The notes: generated from the sequence alone by a model not told the origin. A DNA stretch of 64,000 nucleotides from an uncultured Planctomycetota bacterium (GCA_963845755.1 CAWJTV010000011.1:1024001-1088000); one strand, 5' to 3'. Shown: positions 10,351 to 22,443, numbered from the stretch's first letter. Numbers and translations are program-made.

Positions 10351-11891
10351 TCATTCGCCCGCAAGCTGGGCGCTGCATTGCGCGACGACCTGGGCGGCGA
10401 CCTGGTTCGGGCTGTAGCCGCCGGGGAGCCGCACCAGGAGCTTGCCGTGGCGGTCGCAGAACTTCTTCACATCGCCGAAGGCATGGCTGGACCAGCGAAT
10501 GGCCAGGAGGACCAGGGCCACGTCCGGCCGGGCGACGAGCGACTCGAACGTGCCGACGGACTGATGTTCCTTCGTCTCCAGCCAGATCAGTTCCTTCAGC
10601 CCCAGGGCTTTCCTCAGGGATTCCTGGGCTTCCCGACGGCGGCTGCCGCCGATCAGCGCGACGCTCTTCCCGGTCAGCAACCGGGCGGCTTCCTTCACCT
10701 CGGCCGTCGGCTCTGGGGCGGAATCGGCTTCGGTCCGGCCCGAATGAGTCGCCAGGAACCGGTCGATTTCGCGGAGGACCAGGCGGAATCCTTGAGGCAG
10801 GTCGTCCAGGTCGGGTAGCTCGTCAATCACGGGGAGCAGGAGCTCGCGGAGCTCGCGGTTGCTGGGCGGGACGCCCTTGTCGGCGATCTCCTCTACCATG
10901 TCGATCACGGCCCGCCAGTCCGGCTCCGCCGACCGGCCCTCCCGGATTTCGTCCAGCCGTGAGCGGAGCCGGTTGAACCCCTCTTCATGCTGGGGCCCGA
11001 TTCCGGCCTGCCCGTGCCGGGCCCGCTGCTTCTCGATGCGGGTCAGGAGGTCGGGCCATCGGACCGGGTCCGCCGGATCGTCCACTCGCATGAATCGTTT
11101 CACATAAACATGATTGCGTGCGCATGTGATCTTGAGCCAGTCGAAGACTTGCAATTGATCGGCGTCCTCCGGCGCCGGGATCTTTTGCATCGCGACCCGC
11201 AGGGACGACTGGGCCTCGGCGATGAGGGGGAGCGCCTCTTCGAGTGCCCGCGGAGCGGCCTTCTTCTCCTCCCGGATGATCCGGGCCAGCGCCAGCGATT
11301 CGGCGAGCGCCTCGAAGCACCCGCCCAGGTCGTCGAGCCGAGAGATGTCCGGGGCTGGGGAGGGATCCGCGGCACTGCCCCAGTAAAAGCCGTCCGTCAG
11401 GGTGTCGGCCCACCGGGTGACCTCCGGGTCCGGCGATGGCCCCTCGTCCTCGAGGTCCGCTCCTTGTTGGAGCCATCGCTCGTGGGCGGCGGCCCAGGCG
11501 CGGCTTCCGCTTTCTTCCGGCAGCGGGCCTCGATCGGCGCGAGGTGATCCACGATGACCTCGGGCTCGGCGATCTTCCGGGTGTTGGGCTTGACGTGATT
11601 CCGGGAATGGGCGGGCTGTCCCAGAGTCAGTTCCCTGAGCGGTTCCGGAGGCTGGCGCCGATCCAACGAGACCGGGGCGACGGGAGATGGCCGCTCCCCG
11701 GTCATCGCAGCCGAGGGGGCCCCAGCGGCCGGATCCCCTCGATCGCGATCGTCCTCGTTCGGAGGAACCGCGATCGCTTCCAGAATCCTCTCGGCCAGGG
11801 ACCTCAGATCGGCGCGGAGGCCGGCATCGTCGGCCGCCTGCTCGATCAGCCGGTTGGCTTCCGCGGAGATCAATTTCATCTGCCAATCCAC
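10351..11891 (-). CDS. Hypothetical helical protein with C-terminal DUF2325-like domain, frameshifted
   Basis: GTG start after GGAGGAGG; frame switch near 11490; C-terminus SVALIGG...VLLAIRWSSHAF...VRLPGGYSPNQV. Confidence 0.55.
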
Positions 11892-11990
11892 TTTTGCACC
11901 CTCCTCCCACATCCCTATTTTCGATTCGGGTCGCCGAAAAAGGAAGACGGAGTGGGTGCAAGAGGATGTCGAGCGAGCCGTTCTCGCCCC

Positions 11991-12075
11991 CGGTGGGCTG
12001 GGCGCAACCCAGCGACACAAAGCATGGTCGATTGGTGGGTTGCGTTGAGCAAATGTCAGCTTCACCCAAACCGAC
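11991..12075. repeat. Degenerate REP-like inverted repeat (related to the GGGTGAAACCCACC family)
   Basis: ctgggcgcaacccagc ... ggtgggttgcg ... ttcacccaaaccgac. Confidence 0.4.
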
Positions 12076-12210
12076 GAACTCCCAGGCTCCCGCGTGGGAA
12101 CGCGATCGCCCGGTCAAATTGCGACAGGCTCGAAAAGGCGGAACTTTCCCGGCCGCTCGTTACACTACAAGCGTCGGGCCGAGGGCAACCCGGGAAAGGC
12201 GAGGCATGTC

Positions 12211-15200
12211 GTGACCACCCCGAACCAGTCGTGGCAGCGGGACCTCCAGACGATCTTCCAGGCGGGGAGTCTGGCGGGTCTGTCCGACGGCGAGTTACTG
12301 GAACAGATCGCGGCCCACCGCGGCGCCGGGCGTGAGGAGGGTCTCGAGGTGGAGTCGGCGTTCGCCCTGCTGATCGAGCGACATGGCCCGATGGTGCTCC
12401 GCGTGTGCCGAACGGTCCTGGGCGACCCGCACGAGGCCGAGGACGCGTTCCAGGCGACGTTCCTGGTGTTGCTCCGCCGAGGCGGCTCGATCCGCAACCG
12501 GGAATCGGTCGGTCCCTGGCTGCACGGCGTGGCCCGTCGGGTCGCGGCCTGCGCACGGTCGGCCGGGGCGCGGAGGCGTATCCACGAACGCCGATGGTTC
12601 GACCGCCGGATGGGTGCAGGGTCCGCGGCGGATCCTCACGAGGTCGATCTCGCACAGACGATCCACTCCGAGCTGGATCGGCTGCCCGAGCGCTATCGCG
12701 CACCGATCGTGCTCTGCGACCTGGAAGAGCGCTCGCTCGACGAGGCTGCGCGGCAGCTCGGCTGGCCGCTGGGAACGGTCAAGAGCCGGCTGAACCGCGG
12801 CCGGGAACGGCTTCGGGATCGGCTCGTCCGACGCGGCGTCGCGCCGGGCGTAGCGGGGCTCGCGCTCTCGGCTTCGGCCGCGATCCGCCCGGCCGGCGCC
12901 TCGACCGTTTCCCGCGCGCTGGCCCAGGCGACGACCCAGATGATTGGTGAGGCCGGCATCATCGCCGGAGGCTCGTCCGCCTCCGTGCTGGTCCTGGCCA
13001 GAGGGATGGAGAGGATGATCCTGATGAGTCAATTGAAGATGGCCGCAGTCGGGCTGATTGTCGTGGGGCTGATGGCGCTGGGGATCGTCGCCGTGGCGAG
13101 CGGCCCACGTCCGATCGCCCGCGATGACGCTCCCTCCAGGGCGGTCGCGGCGAAGGCTGGTACCACCGCCAGGGCGAACGAGGGCAAGCCCGCGCCGGCT
13201 CCGAAACGAAATCCCGTCGGCAGCGAGGAATCGCACATCGAGACGATCGACGTGTCGGGCCGCGCCACGGATCCCTCGGGCCAGCCGGTCGCCGGCGCGA
13301 CGGTCTTCGTGATCGACACCAATCTCCGGACGATCTCCGGCAAGAGCCTCCTGCTGGCCACGGTGACGACCGGCCCCGACGGACGATACTTTGCCCGGGG
13401 CGTGGAACTGCCCGTGTGGAAGCCGGCCGCCAGCCCGATCCCGGCCGCCGAGGAGGGCCGGTTCCAGGTCGCCGGGACCGCGCCTGGATTCGGACTCACC
13501 TGGCACGCGATCGCGTGCTATCGTCCGGAGGCGCGTCCGAGCGCGACCCCGGTCAAGCCCGGCACCTCGGAGCCCGAAGCCTTCCATCGCGGCGAGCCGA
13601 TCTCCGTGGATCTGCCGTTCGGCCCGCCCGCGTCGATCACGGGCAAGCTCGTCAACGACCGTGGCCGGCCGCTGGCGGGCGTCAAGGTTCAGGTGGGCAT
13701 CATCGATCATCGAAGCGGCAAGATGTGGTCGTGCAACCGCGTCAACCCGACGGACACGCTTCCTCGCGAGCGCCGGGCCTTCGACGGCATCCGGGGCTTG
13801 CCCGAGGAACCCTTCTTCACCCACACCGGCGCCGACGGCACCTATCGCATCGATGGCCTGCCGCGCGAGGCGGAGCTGCTCTGCTCGATCGATCCGGGCC
13901 CCGAGTACCTGTCGATGGATGACACGATCGCCACGACCACCCGGGCGGTCCCGAATGTCCGGAGCCTGGGCTACGCCGGCGTGCTGGACCATCCCTTCGT
14001 GTCGCCTCGCGAGGTGCGCCTGACTGTCCGTTACGCGGATTTCGAATCTGCCCGCCCGCAACGCGATGGTGCGGGCCATGTCCAACCGCGAGATGCTCCG
14101 CGCCGGGAGCGTCGGCGAGACCGATGACAACGGCCGCACCACTCTACGGCTCCGTCCCGGAGAATACGACCTCGCGGTCGAGCCCCCGCCCGGCGCCGTC
14201 TACCGGCCGGGCCGGGCATCGGCGAGGATCGGCCAGGAGGCGGTCGCGGAAATCGCCGAGTTGAAGCTCGAGCCTGCGGCTCGCGTGACGCTCGAAGCCG
14301 TTGAACGCCAGGACCGGAGTGGGGATCGCGGGAGTCTCCTTCCAGTACGAGACCGACACATCACGACAACGTCGGAGTCTGCCCAGCCAGCTCGTCTTTG
14401 CCGATCATCCGGCGACCGATGAACGCGGCCAGTTGCGCGCGGTCGTCGAGCCGGGCCGACGGCGGTTCTTCGTCGAGTCGGTACCGGCGGGCTGGAAGCT
14501 CGAGAGCATCCCGAATGGGTTCGTCGAGCTGGCGGCCGGTCCGGAGATCATGGTCCCCGTCGCTTTCCAGAAGCTCGAGCCGGCGGAGGAGAAAACGGCG
14601 AGCGGACAAGCCAACCCGATCTTCCCCGAAGCGCTCGTCGCGAAATGGCGCGTTCAGAACCACCGGCTGCAAACCGGAAAGTTCCGGATCCGCGAGTATT
14701 TCCTCCAGGCTGACGACTCGATCCGATGGTCCGATCTGGATGCGTTCCTCCAGACGACCGACCTGAGCCAGGTCGGCGACCTCCCCGCAGTGATCCGGCC
14801 CCGGTTCCCCGGGTTTCGCGATCCGGGGATCAAGTTCTCCCAGGTCGTCGTGGATGGTCCGCGGCGCCGGAATACCTACCGGTTTTCCCAGAGCGCGGCG
14901 ACTTCTGTAATCGTGTGCAACGAATGGGAAACCGTCCGTTACGATGGTAACAACCAGCAGGCGGACGTCTTCGACGCACGGAAAGGGGGCCTGGGTGTCA
15001 TGGGGGTATTCGACTTCAGCCACACGCCCCACGTGGCGGACCGGCCGGCTCGCACCGTCGCACGGGGCGGAGCGACTCCGACGGTCCGCCGCACCAAGGG
15101 CGCCGACGGCCGGCTGACAATCGAGGCCGAGTTCGGAACCGGACGAGCGCGATGGGTCGTGGACCCGAACACCGGGTTCGTCCACTCATACTCGACGGGG

Positions 15201-15974
15201 ACGAAGGGCAACTCCTCCAGTCGTGAAGTCCGGCAATCTGGCCCCAAGATCTTCGAGAACAGCGTCGTCCTGCCCACGGTCTTCGTGGATGCGACGATCT
15301 CGAGCGATCGGATCAATTATGTCTGGGTCCGGCGGGTCGAGGCCGTCAACCTGGCGTACCATCCGACTCCCCGGGATTTCGTAGTCTCCGCGCCCGCCGG
15401 GACCGTGATCCTCGACCGTCGCGAGGACTTCGCGCATCCCAAACAGGGTATGAACCGGTATCCGGTCGCCGATGTGATCATTTATGCGGATGGGATGTCA
15501 TCGCGCAATCGATCGATCGATCCGGTGCTGAAGACCGGCCAGCCGGCGCCTCGGCTCGAGCCCAAGACCTGGCTCGACCGGAACGGCCCCGTCGCCCCTC
15601 CGGATTTGAAGGGCAAGGTGGTGCTGGTCAACTTCTGGGGGATTTCTTGCGGTTTCTGCGTGGTCCAGTTGCCCGAGGTCCAGGCCGCTGCCGATCACTT
15701 CGCGTCTCGAAGCCAGGATTTTGTCTTGATTGGACTGCATGACAGCGGTGGCACGGTGGACCAGGTCGCCGAGTTCGCCCGAAAGCGCGGACTCACCTAT
15801 CGCCTGGCCATCGATCGCCCCGCGGGTGAGGAGGGCTGGTTCGGCGCCACGTCCCAGGAGTACGGCGTCCGCGCGATCCCCGCCGCCGCGGTGATCGACC
15901 GTCAGGGCAAGGTCGCCTTCGTCGGCCGGTTCCCCGAGGCTCTTCAAAAGGTCGCGGACCTGCTCGGGAAGTAA
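12211..15974 (+). CDS. ECF sigma factor with TM, periplasmic beta-sandwich domains and C-terminal TlpA/thioredoxin domain, frameshifted
   Basis: SDGELLE, RHGPMVLRVCR, AEDAFQATFLVL, LGWPLGTVKSRL; TM near aa 270; VSGRATDPSGQPVAGA; KGKVVLVNFWGISCGFC. Confidence 0.8.
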
Positions 15975-15993
15975 CAACAAGGGGATGCTCCTT

Positions 15994-17043
15994 CTACAGG
16001 AACGACGCCCCGAATGCGGCGAACAGCGCGGCACGGGCGCGCAGGAGCACCGATGAGTCGCCGGACCCGACGCCGATCCGGCGGATCTCGAACGGGTCGA
16101 ACGCATCCGGCCGGTTGACGCCCTCGAGGGAGGCGAACGCCAGGCGGTAGCCGGCCTCGGCGGCGAGGGTCTGGGTCCGGGCGGTATAGGCGCCGGGCCA
16201 ACCGTAGGGGTAGGCCAGCGCCGCGACGTCGCGGCCGAGCCGGGATTCCAGGATGCGCTTCGACTCGGTCAGCTCACGGCGCTGGGACGCCTCATCGAGC
16301 TCGGCCAGCTTCTGGTGGCTGTGGCCGTGCGAGCCGATCGTCAGGGATGGGTCGGCGTCGACGATCGGCCGCACTTGGTCCCAGGTTGTGAACAGGTCAC
16401 GGGCCAGGGTTTCGCTGTCGATGGCGACCTCGGCCCGCGCGGCGAGCTGCTGGAGGAACCATCGCTCGTCGGCGATCGTGTTATCAAGGAATGCTCGGAT
16501 GACCGCCAGGATCGCCGCGGATCGCGGCATGACGTCCAGATCGAGGGAGAGGGGTGGCTGGGAGTGGTCCGGGCTTCGATCGAGCAAGAGCCGCCGCGCG
16601 CGGGTCTGCTTGATGGCGTAGGCGACCTCGTCCCACCACGGGAGCCGCGGCGTCTCGAGGAACGCGGTGGGCAGGAAGAACGTCGCCGGGACCTGGTGCT
16701 CGCGCAGGATGGGGACGGCTACCTCGAAGTTGTCGCGGTATCCGTCGTCGAATGTGACCAGCGCGGCGGGCTTGCGGCCGGGAAGGCCGGATTCGCGCAT
16801 CGCCAGGATGTCGGAGAGCGTCAGCACCCGGACGGAGCGGCTCAGCCAGGCGATCTGGGCGCGGAACGATTCGGGCGTCGCCGAGATCACCGGGTCATAG
16901 TACGAGTCGGCGCCCGGCTCGGCGATCCGATGGTAAGTCAAGACGATCAGCACCGGCCGCTTCGCGGTAGAGGCACGCTCCAGGAGTCGGAGCATCCCCG
17001 TTCGCTCGAACACCTGCGCCAAAAATGCACGTTTGTTCTTCAT
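15994..17043 (-). CDS. Polysaccharide deacetylase (CE4/NodB)
   Basis: LTYHRI, VTFDDGYRDN, IGSHGHSH, LAYPYG. Confidence 0.9.
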   Translation of the reverse strand: MKNKRAFLAQVFERTGMLRLLERASTAKRPVLIVLTYHRIAEPGADSYYDPVISATPESFRAQIAWLSRSVRVLTLSDILAMRESGLPGRKPAALVTFDDGYRDNFEVAVPILREHQVPATFFLPTAFLETPRLPWWDEVAYAIKQTRARRLLLDRSPDHSQPPLSLDLDVMPRSAAILAVIRAFLDNTIADERWFLQQLAARAEVAIDSETLARDLFTTWDQVRPIVDADPSLTIGSHGHSHQKLAELDEASQRRELTESKRILESRLGRDVAALAYPYGWPGAYTARTQTLAAEAGYRLAFASLEGVNRPDAFDPFEIRRIGVGSGDSSVLLRARAALFAAFGASFL

Positions 17044-17051
17044 TTCATTAG

Positions 17052-17075
17052 AGGCAGTAGGCAGTAGGCAGTAGG
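17052..17075. repeat. (GGCAGTA)3 heptamer repeat
   Basis: aggcagtaggcagtaggcagtagg immediately upstream of the deacetylase start. Confidence 0.7.
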
Positions 17076-17162
17076 TCGCCGGGTCGTTGATAATAAGCGA
17101 TGGACAGAGAGGTCGTCACCGGTTGACTGGTCGTCACATCGATCGAAGGTGAGGGCAGGGCA

Positions 17163-19407
17163 ATGTCCATAGTGAGTCGCGAATCGGCGAACGACGGTCC
17201 TGGCGACGTGTTCCCCACGCTGGGGATGTTGATCCTCGGGGGGATTGTGGTTGGGGCGGTTTTCGGCGGGTTGGTGGGACCAGGCCCCGACCCGCTGGCT
17301 CGTGCGACGTTCGGCGCGGCGCTTGGAATGATCATGGGCATGTTCCTGGGCCTGAGCTGCGGCGTGTGGCGAGCCGGTCTCCCATCGCCGACGGTCGCGC
17401 CGGAACCCGGACCCGCGGGGGCGGGATCCCGAGCTCTGGGACCCCTGGCTCGACAGCGGTCGCGATCTCGAATGGGTCGGCCCGGAACCGGACCTCGCGC
17501 CCGCAGTGGTCGTTGAGGAGCCGCCGGAGGTCGTCGCGTGGAGCCCGGGCCTGACGGCCGGGCGGGCGCGGGTCCGGCCTCGCGTCATCTCGCCCGAGAC
17601 CGGCGAGGCACTCTTGTTGGAAGACGAGATCGGTCCCATGATCCAGGCCGGGCGATCCGGTTTGATTGCGATCGCCGGTGGACCCGGCTCGGGCAAGACT
17701 GCCGCGCTGCGGCACGTCGCGGCAATTCTCCCTCCGTGGGCCAGGGATCGTGTGCGATTGTTCGATCAGTACGACGATCAGCCAGACCCTGAGCTGTTGA
17801 CCCAGAACCCAGCCGCCTTCATTGCGGATGCTGCCAATCGCCAACTTGTCATCCTCGTGCCACGCAATGCGTCACTCCTCAATAAGCTCAGAGTCTATCG
17901 CCTCGCGGCCTGGAGTCAGGACGATTTGATCGAGTACCTGCTGGCCGCCCAGCCGGAACGGTGCCCCTCGGTGATGGCACGTTTGAAAGCATCGGGAGAT
18001 CGCGGCTTCCTCAACGGCATCCCCGAACTCTGGACCATCGTGCTCGACCGGATGGCGGCCGATGAATCGATCGGCGACTTGCGCACAGCGTTGCGGCATG
18101 AGCTGGCCGAGCGGATCGGAAACCGGCCTGCGTTGCGCGAGCGCATCGAAAAGTTCTGCCTGGACACCGTCGGCGTGAATCTGTCGTCGGAATTGCCTGC
18201 CGACGTGTTCCCGGGCGATGCCGCGGCCGCTGAGGATCTGGCTCGCCTGATCCGACACCGGCCTACGGCGTTCTTGCTGGCCGCGGACCGGCTCGCGGCC
18301 ATCATCGAGACCGGCCGTGAGAGCTTGCTGGACACTCATCGCTACCCGCGCGACCTGGTGCGCGAAACCGCCCGGCGGATCTCGGAAAGCACTCAGGCGC
18401 GTCAGCACCTCCAGGAGTGGACGAGTCACCTCAAATACCAACAGGTTCAGCCACTGGCCGCGAGCCTGCTCCATGCCACGGTGCCGGACTGGCGGCCCGA
18501 GCCGGGTTGCTATCTGCAATTGGAACGTGCCTATCTCGACGGAGTCCAATGGTCGGGGCTGAACCTCGAGGGTACCGTCCTTCGCTACGCCGAGTTGAAA
18601 GGTGCCGATTTGACCGCGGCCAACCTGGCGAACGCCCGGGCGGACCGGGCTCAATTCCAGCAGGCGAACCTCCACGGCGCCTGCCTGACGAACTGGCGAG
18701 CGGAAGCCGCCGACCTGAGTCATGCCGATCTTCGTTGGACGATCGCGGACCACGCCCAGTTTCGCAAGGCGAACCTCGCCGGCGCGTCATTCATCGAGGC
18801 GAATCTGTGGAAAGCCGATCTTCGTGACACCCAGATCGACGGCGCCGACTTCACCGGTGCCAATCTCGAAGACGCCCACCTGACCGGTCTGAAGCTCTGT
18901 CTGGCGCGGTTCGATAAGGCCCGCTTCGGTGGGGCCGACCTCCGCAAGTGCGACCTCGAAGAGATGCACTTGCCGGATGCCGACTTCCACGTTGCCAACC
19001 TCCGCGGCGCCCTGTTGACCAGCTCTCGGATGCCGAACGCCAACTTCCAGGGCGCCGACTTGCGCGACGCCGGGCTCGCCGAAGTGGAATGGCCAGGGGC
19101 CTGCCTCTGCGACGCCGACCTGAGGGGCGTGAACTTCCACCTGGGTTCCTCGCGAGGCGGCCTGGTGGGCAGCCCGATCGCCTGCGAGGGGAGCCGCACC
19201 GGGTTCTACACCGACGATTACCACGACAGGGACATCAAGCCCCCCGAGGAGATCCGCAAGGCGAACCTCCGCGGCGCCGACCTCCGCGGGGCCCATATCC
19301 AGGACGTCAACTTCTACCTGGTCAACCTCCGCGACGCCCACTATACCGAGAAGCAAGCCGAGCATTTCCGAAACTGCCGGGCCATCCTCGACGATCGGAT
19401 CCGGTAG
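17163..19407 (+). CDS. Membrane-anchored P-loop plus pentapeptide repeat protein, frameshifted
   Basis: Two TM helices (17163..17380), frame switch near 17420, Walker A GGPGSGKT, long A(D/N)Lxx repeat tract. Confidence 0.8.
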
Positions 19408-19463
19408 GTCAGGATTCCCAGCCTGAGTCGGCCTGAGTCGTCAGGCTGGAAAGCCTGACCTAC
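19404..19463. repeat. GTAG-REP doublet (REPIN-like), family A
   Basis: GTAGGTCAGGATTCCCAGCCTGA ... TCAGGCTGGAAAGCCTGACCTAC. Confidence 0.85.
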
Positions 19464-20524
19464 GTATAAGCATAATCCCCTTCCAATGGCGTGAGGTAGA
19501 ACGCCGCGTCGCGTGGGATGATCCCCTGACGATCGCGGATGTGGAACTTCACCGAGAACCGCGAAGTGTAGCCGCTCCGGCGCAGGGCCTCGGCCGTCCA
19601 TGGCGTGCTGGCGTACGCCTGGGCGAGGTCCGCGCCCTGACGCGCCAGCTCGTCGGTCAGGGCGATCGCCGCCGCGTGCCAGGTTGAAGGATCCAGGTCA
19701 TCGAGCAGACAATCGACGAACTTCCCGGTGAGGGTGCGTCCCTGGTCCTTGGGGATGAGGTTGAGCACGGCGAGGCCGCGGAGCCGGCCTGTGTCATCGA
19801 GCAAGTGCCAGCCCGACATCGCCTGGCGCGGGAAGCGGAGGAACGCATTGAGCCGGTCCGGGTCTCGGCGCGTGAACAGGACGTGCGCCCTGGCCTGCTC
19901 GACGATGGGAAGGATCTCCGGTCCAAACGCCGAGACGCGCCGGATCGCGATGACCTTCCGCGGCGCGGCCGGTGGGTGAATCCACCGGTTCGTCATGTCG
20001 CGGGCCAGGCGCGATCCGCGCTGCAACGGGTTGAGACCACCGGACCGGAGCCAGTAGCCGGCGCGGAGGACGCGGGAGTACGCCGGCACGAGGCTCCGCA
20101 GTTCATAGCCGGCCCGCTCGCCCACCACCAGCGCCGCCTGGCTGACCCCCAGCCCGAACTGGGTCACTACGCCTTGATGCGCACGGCGCATCAAGCTCAT
20201 CCCGAGTGCGCGATGCTCGGGCGAGCCCAGCCAGTCGATGATGTGGATCGTCGGCACCCGGCCGCCGAGAGCTGAGAGCGCCTGGCCCTCGAATTCCGTC
20301 CGGCACAGACCGAGATGCCCCACGATCCGACCCGCCTCGTCCCGCCCGACGTAGCTGAGAGCGGTATCGGAGTCCAGCTCATCATCAGCCGGCTCCAGGT
20401 ACTTCCAGCGCAGCACCTCGGGCGCCGCGAAATCGGCATCTGATGGCGCATGGAATCCCGCGGTCAGGAATCGGCTCAGCTCCGGGAGGTCGTCTGGGGT
20501 CAGCGGGCGGATGTCGCGGGTCAT
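19460..20524 (-). CDS. GNAT-family acyltransferase-like protein
   Basis: MTRDIRPLTPDDLPEL, LRWKY, IVGHLG, DWLGSPEHRALGMSLM. Confidence 0.7.
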   Translation of the reverse strand: MTRDIRPLTPDDLPELSRFLTAGFHAPSDADFAAPEVLRWKYLEPADDELDSDTALSYVGRDEAGRIVGHLGLCRTEFEGQALSALGGRVPTIHIIDWLGSPEHRALGMSLMRRAHQGVVTQFGLGVSQAALVVGERAGYELRSLVPAYSRVLRAGYWLRSGGLNPLQRGSRLARDMTNRWIHPPAAPRKVIAIRRVSAFGPEILPIVEQARAHVLFTRRDPDRLNAFLRFPRQAMSGWHLLDDTGRLRGLAVLNLIPKDQGRTLTGKFVDCLLDDLDPSTWHAAAIALTDELARQGADLAQAYASTPWTAEALRRSGYTSRFSVKFHIRDRQGIIPRDAAFYLTPLEGDYAYT

Positions 20525-20526
20525 GG

Positions 20527-21673
20527 TCACTTGGCCTGAGCGGACTTGCCCGTCACCCTCCGGATGAACTCGACCTCGCCGGCGATATAGGGCGTGCCGT
20601 CGTTTCGAAAGATGTCGTGAAACCAGGTCTTCGGCTCGGCGGCGTACGGCTTCTGCCACGAATCCCACGGGTAGATCGTCTGGGTCTTGCCGGCCACGAA
20701 ACCCCAGTTGTACGCCCCGACGTGCTCTTCCTTCAGGTAGGAGAGGATCGGGTCGAACGTGCTGCCCATCGGCCGGGCCATGTACTCGGTGCAAAGGATC
20801 GGCCGCCGGTAGCGCTTCAGCGCCTCGACGTCCTTCTTCAATTCGGCCAGCGGACGGTAATTGTGGAAGCTGATTACATCCGAATTTGTGAGCATGTATT
20901 TGTTGATCGGCGATAGCTGATCGGGGTCGGACAGGTTCCCCTGCCAGACACCGGCGGTGACCGGCTGCGACGGGGCGGCCTCGCGCGCCCAGGCGAAGGT
21001 CTTCTCGAGGAGGGCCATGGCCATCTCGGGCTTGGAGGCCGGCTCGAGCCGGCCGTAGCTCGATCGGTTGGTGTTGTCCGGCTCGTTGAACAGGTCCCAG
21101 GCCTGGACGCGGCGGTCGGTCTTGAATTTGCCGAGGACCCCGGTGACGTAGTCCTTGAGCGCGTCGTGACGCCTGGGATCGACGAGGACCTTGGCGCCGG
21201 GGCTCTGGGCCCAACCCGAGTTGTGCACGCCGGCCTTGGGGTCGCGCTGCTTGCCCAAGTGCGGGAATGGGTCCCAGACCGCATCGAACAGGACGAACAT
21301 CACGCCGATGTGGTGCCGGTCGGCGATCGCGAGGAACTGCTCCATCCGCGTGAGGAACCCCGGCGCATCCTGTTCCCAGAGCATGTTGTGGAGGAAGACC
21401 CGGACGCTGTTGAACCCGAGGTGCTCGGCCAGGCCCAGCTCCCAGTCGATTATCTCCAGATCGAACGTGTCGGCCTGCCACATCTCGAGCTGGTTGATCG
21501 CCGTGCTCGTTGCGTAATTGCAGCCGACCAGCCAGGGATGTGCGCGCGACCACTCCGCGGCCTTCTCGACCGGCCAGGCGCCGCGCTCGGCGGACATCGC
21601 GCTGCGCGGGGGTCGCCGCCACGGCGATGATGGCCAGGAGGATCGCCAGGGCAAGAGCATTGCGTCGTTTCAT
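20527..21673 (-). CDS. GH5-like (clan GH-A) glycoside hydrolase with signal peptide, N-terminal frameshift
   Basis: GCNY..STAINQLEMWQ, WDLFNEPDN, SFHNY, CTEYMAR, NWGFVAGKTQT. Confidence 0.82.
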
Positions 21674-21953
21674 GGGTGGTCCCTTGGGGGCGCATTTCTT
21701 CGTTCGAGGTTGACTCGGGCGTCGTGTCATGCTCGATATTCTCCCACCCGGAGTTCACGATCCGCCAGGGGAGTTCTCGTCTACGGCGGTGATTTCGGGT
21801 AGCGAGCCAATTGCCGAAATCGCGACCATGCTCATCTCCCCAGAAATAAGGCGTTCTGGTAGACTCCTGCCGATGTCGCCAGGGACGCGGCGGCTGGCCG
21901 TGTTCCTCGCGGCCTCCGTGCGCCTCGAATCGATGTTCAACAAGGAGGTTCCG

Positions 21954-22443
21954 ATGTTCGACGACCGTGCGCCGCACCCGCCGCCCGGCGTTCGAATCCC
22001 TGGAGGGCAAGATCCTGCTCTCGACCGGGATGGCCGACCCGGCCTTGGCCGTTCACAGGGCCAAAGTCCAGCGCTTCTCCCTGAACGGGACTCTCAAAGG
22101 CATCCCGTTCGGGACGATCCAGCAAGCCGGAATCTTTGTCACCGCCTTCTTCGTCACGGGCAGCCCTCGATCGATGGGGAAGGTCAGCGGTTCGCTCAAC
22201 CTGGCCGATCCGCTCCTCTCTCCCGGTAAGATGCCCAACCTCAGCAATGCGACGCTGACCATGTCCAATGCGCGCGGGAGCGTTCAACTGAGGATGGCCG
22301 CGTCGCCGTCGAGGCGTTATGTCTTCGTCGTGACCTCCGGGTCGGGGGGCTTTGAGTCCGCATTCGGGTCGGGAACGGCGGTTGTCTCGTATAATCGGCG
22401 GATGCACGAATACCTGGTCGCGCTGCACTCGAGTGCGTTTTAG
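21954..22443 (+). CDS. Planctomycete-type exported protein (ESLExRxLLS motif)
   Basis: RRTRRPAFESLEGKILLS; AAGGAGG upstream of ATG 21954, which is out of frame with the GTG-started ORF at 21967. Confidence 0.65.

Noticed and set aside
19460..21730. 756-aa fusion ORF
   Set aside because: Artefact: the GH5 signal peptide frame runs out of frame over the GH5 gene into the separate GNAT gene
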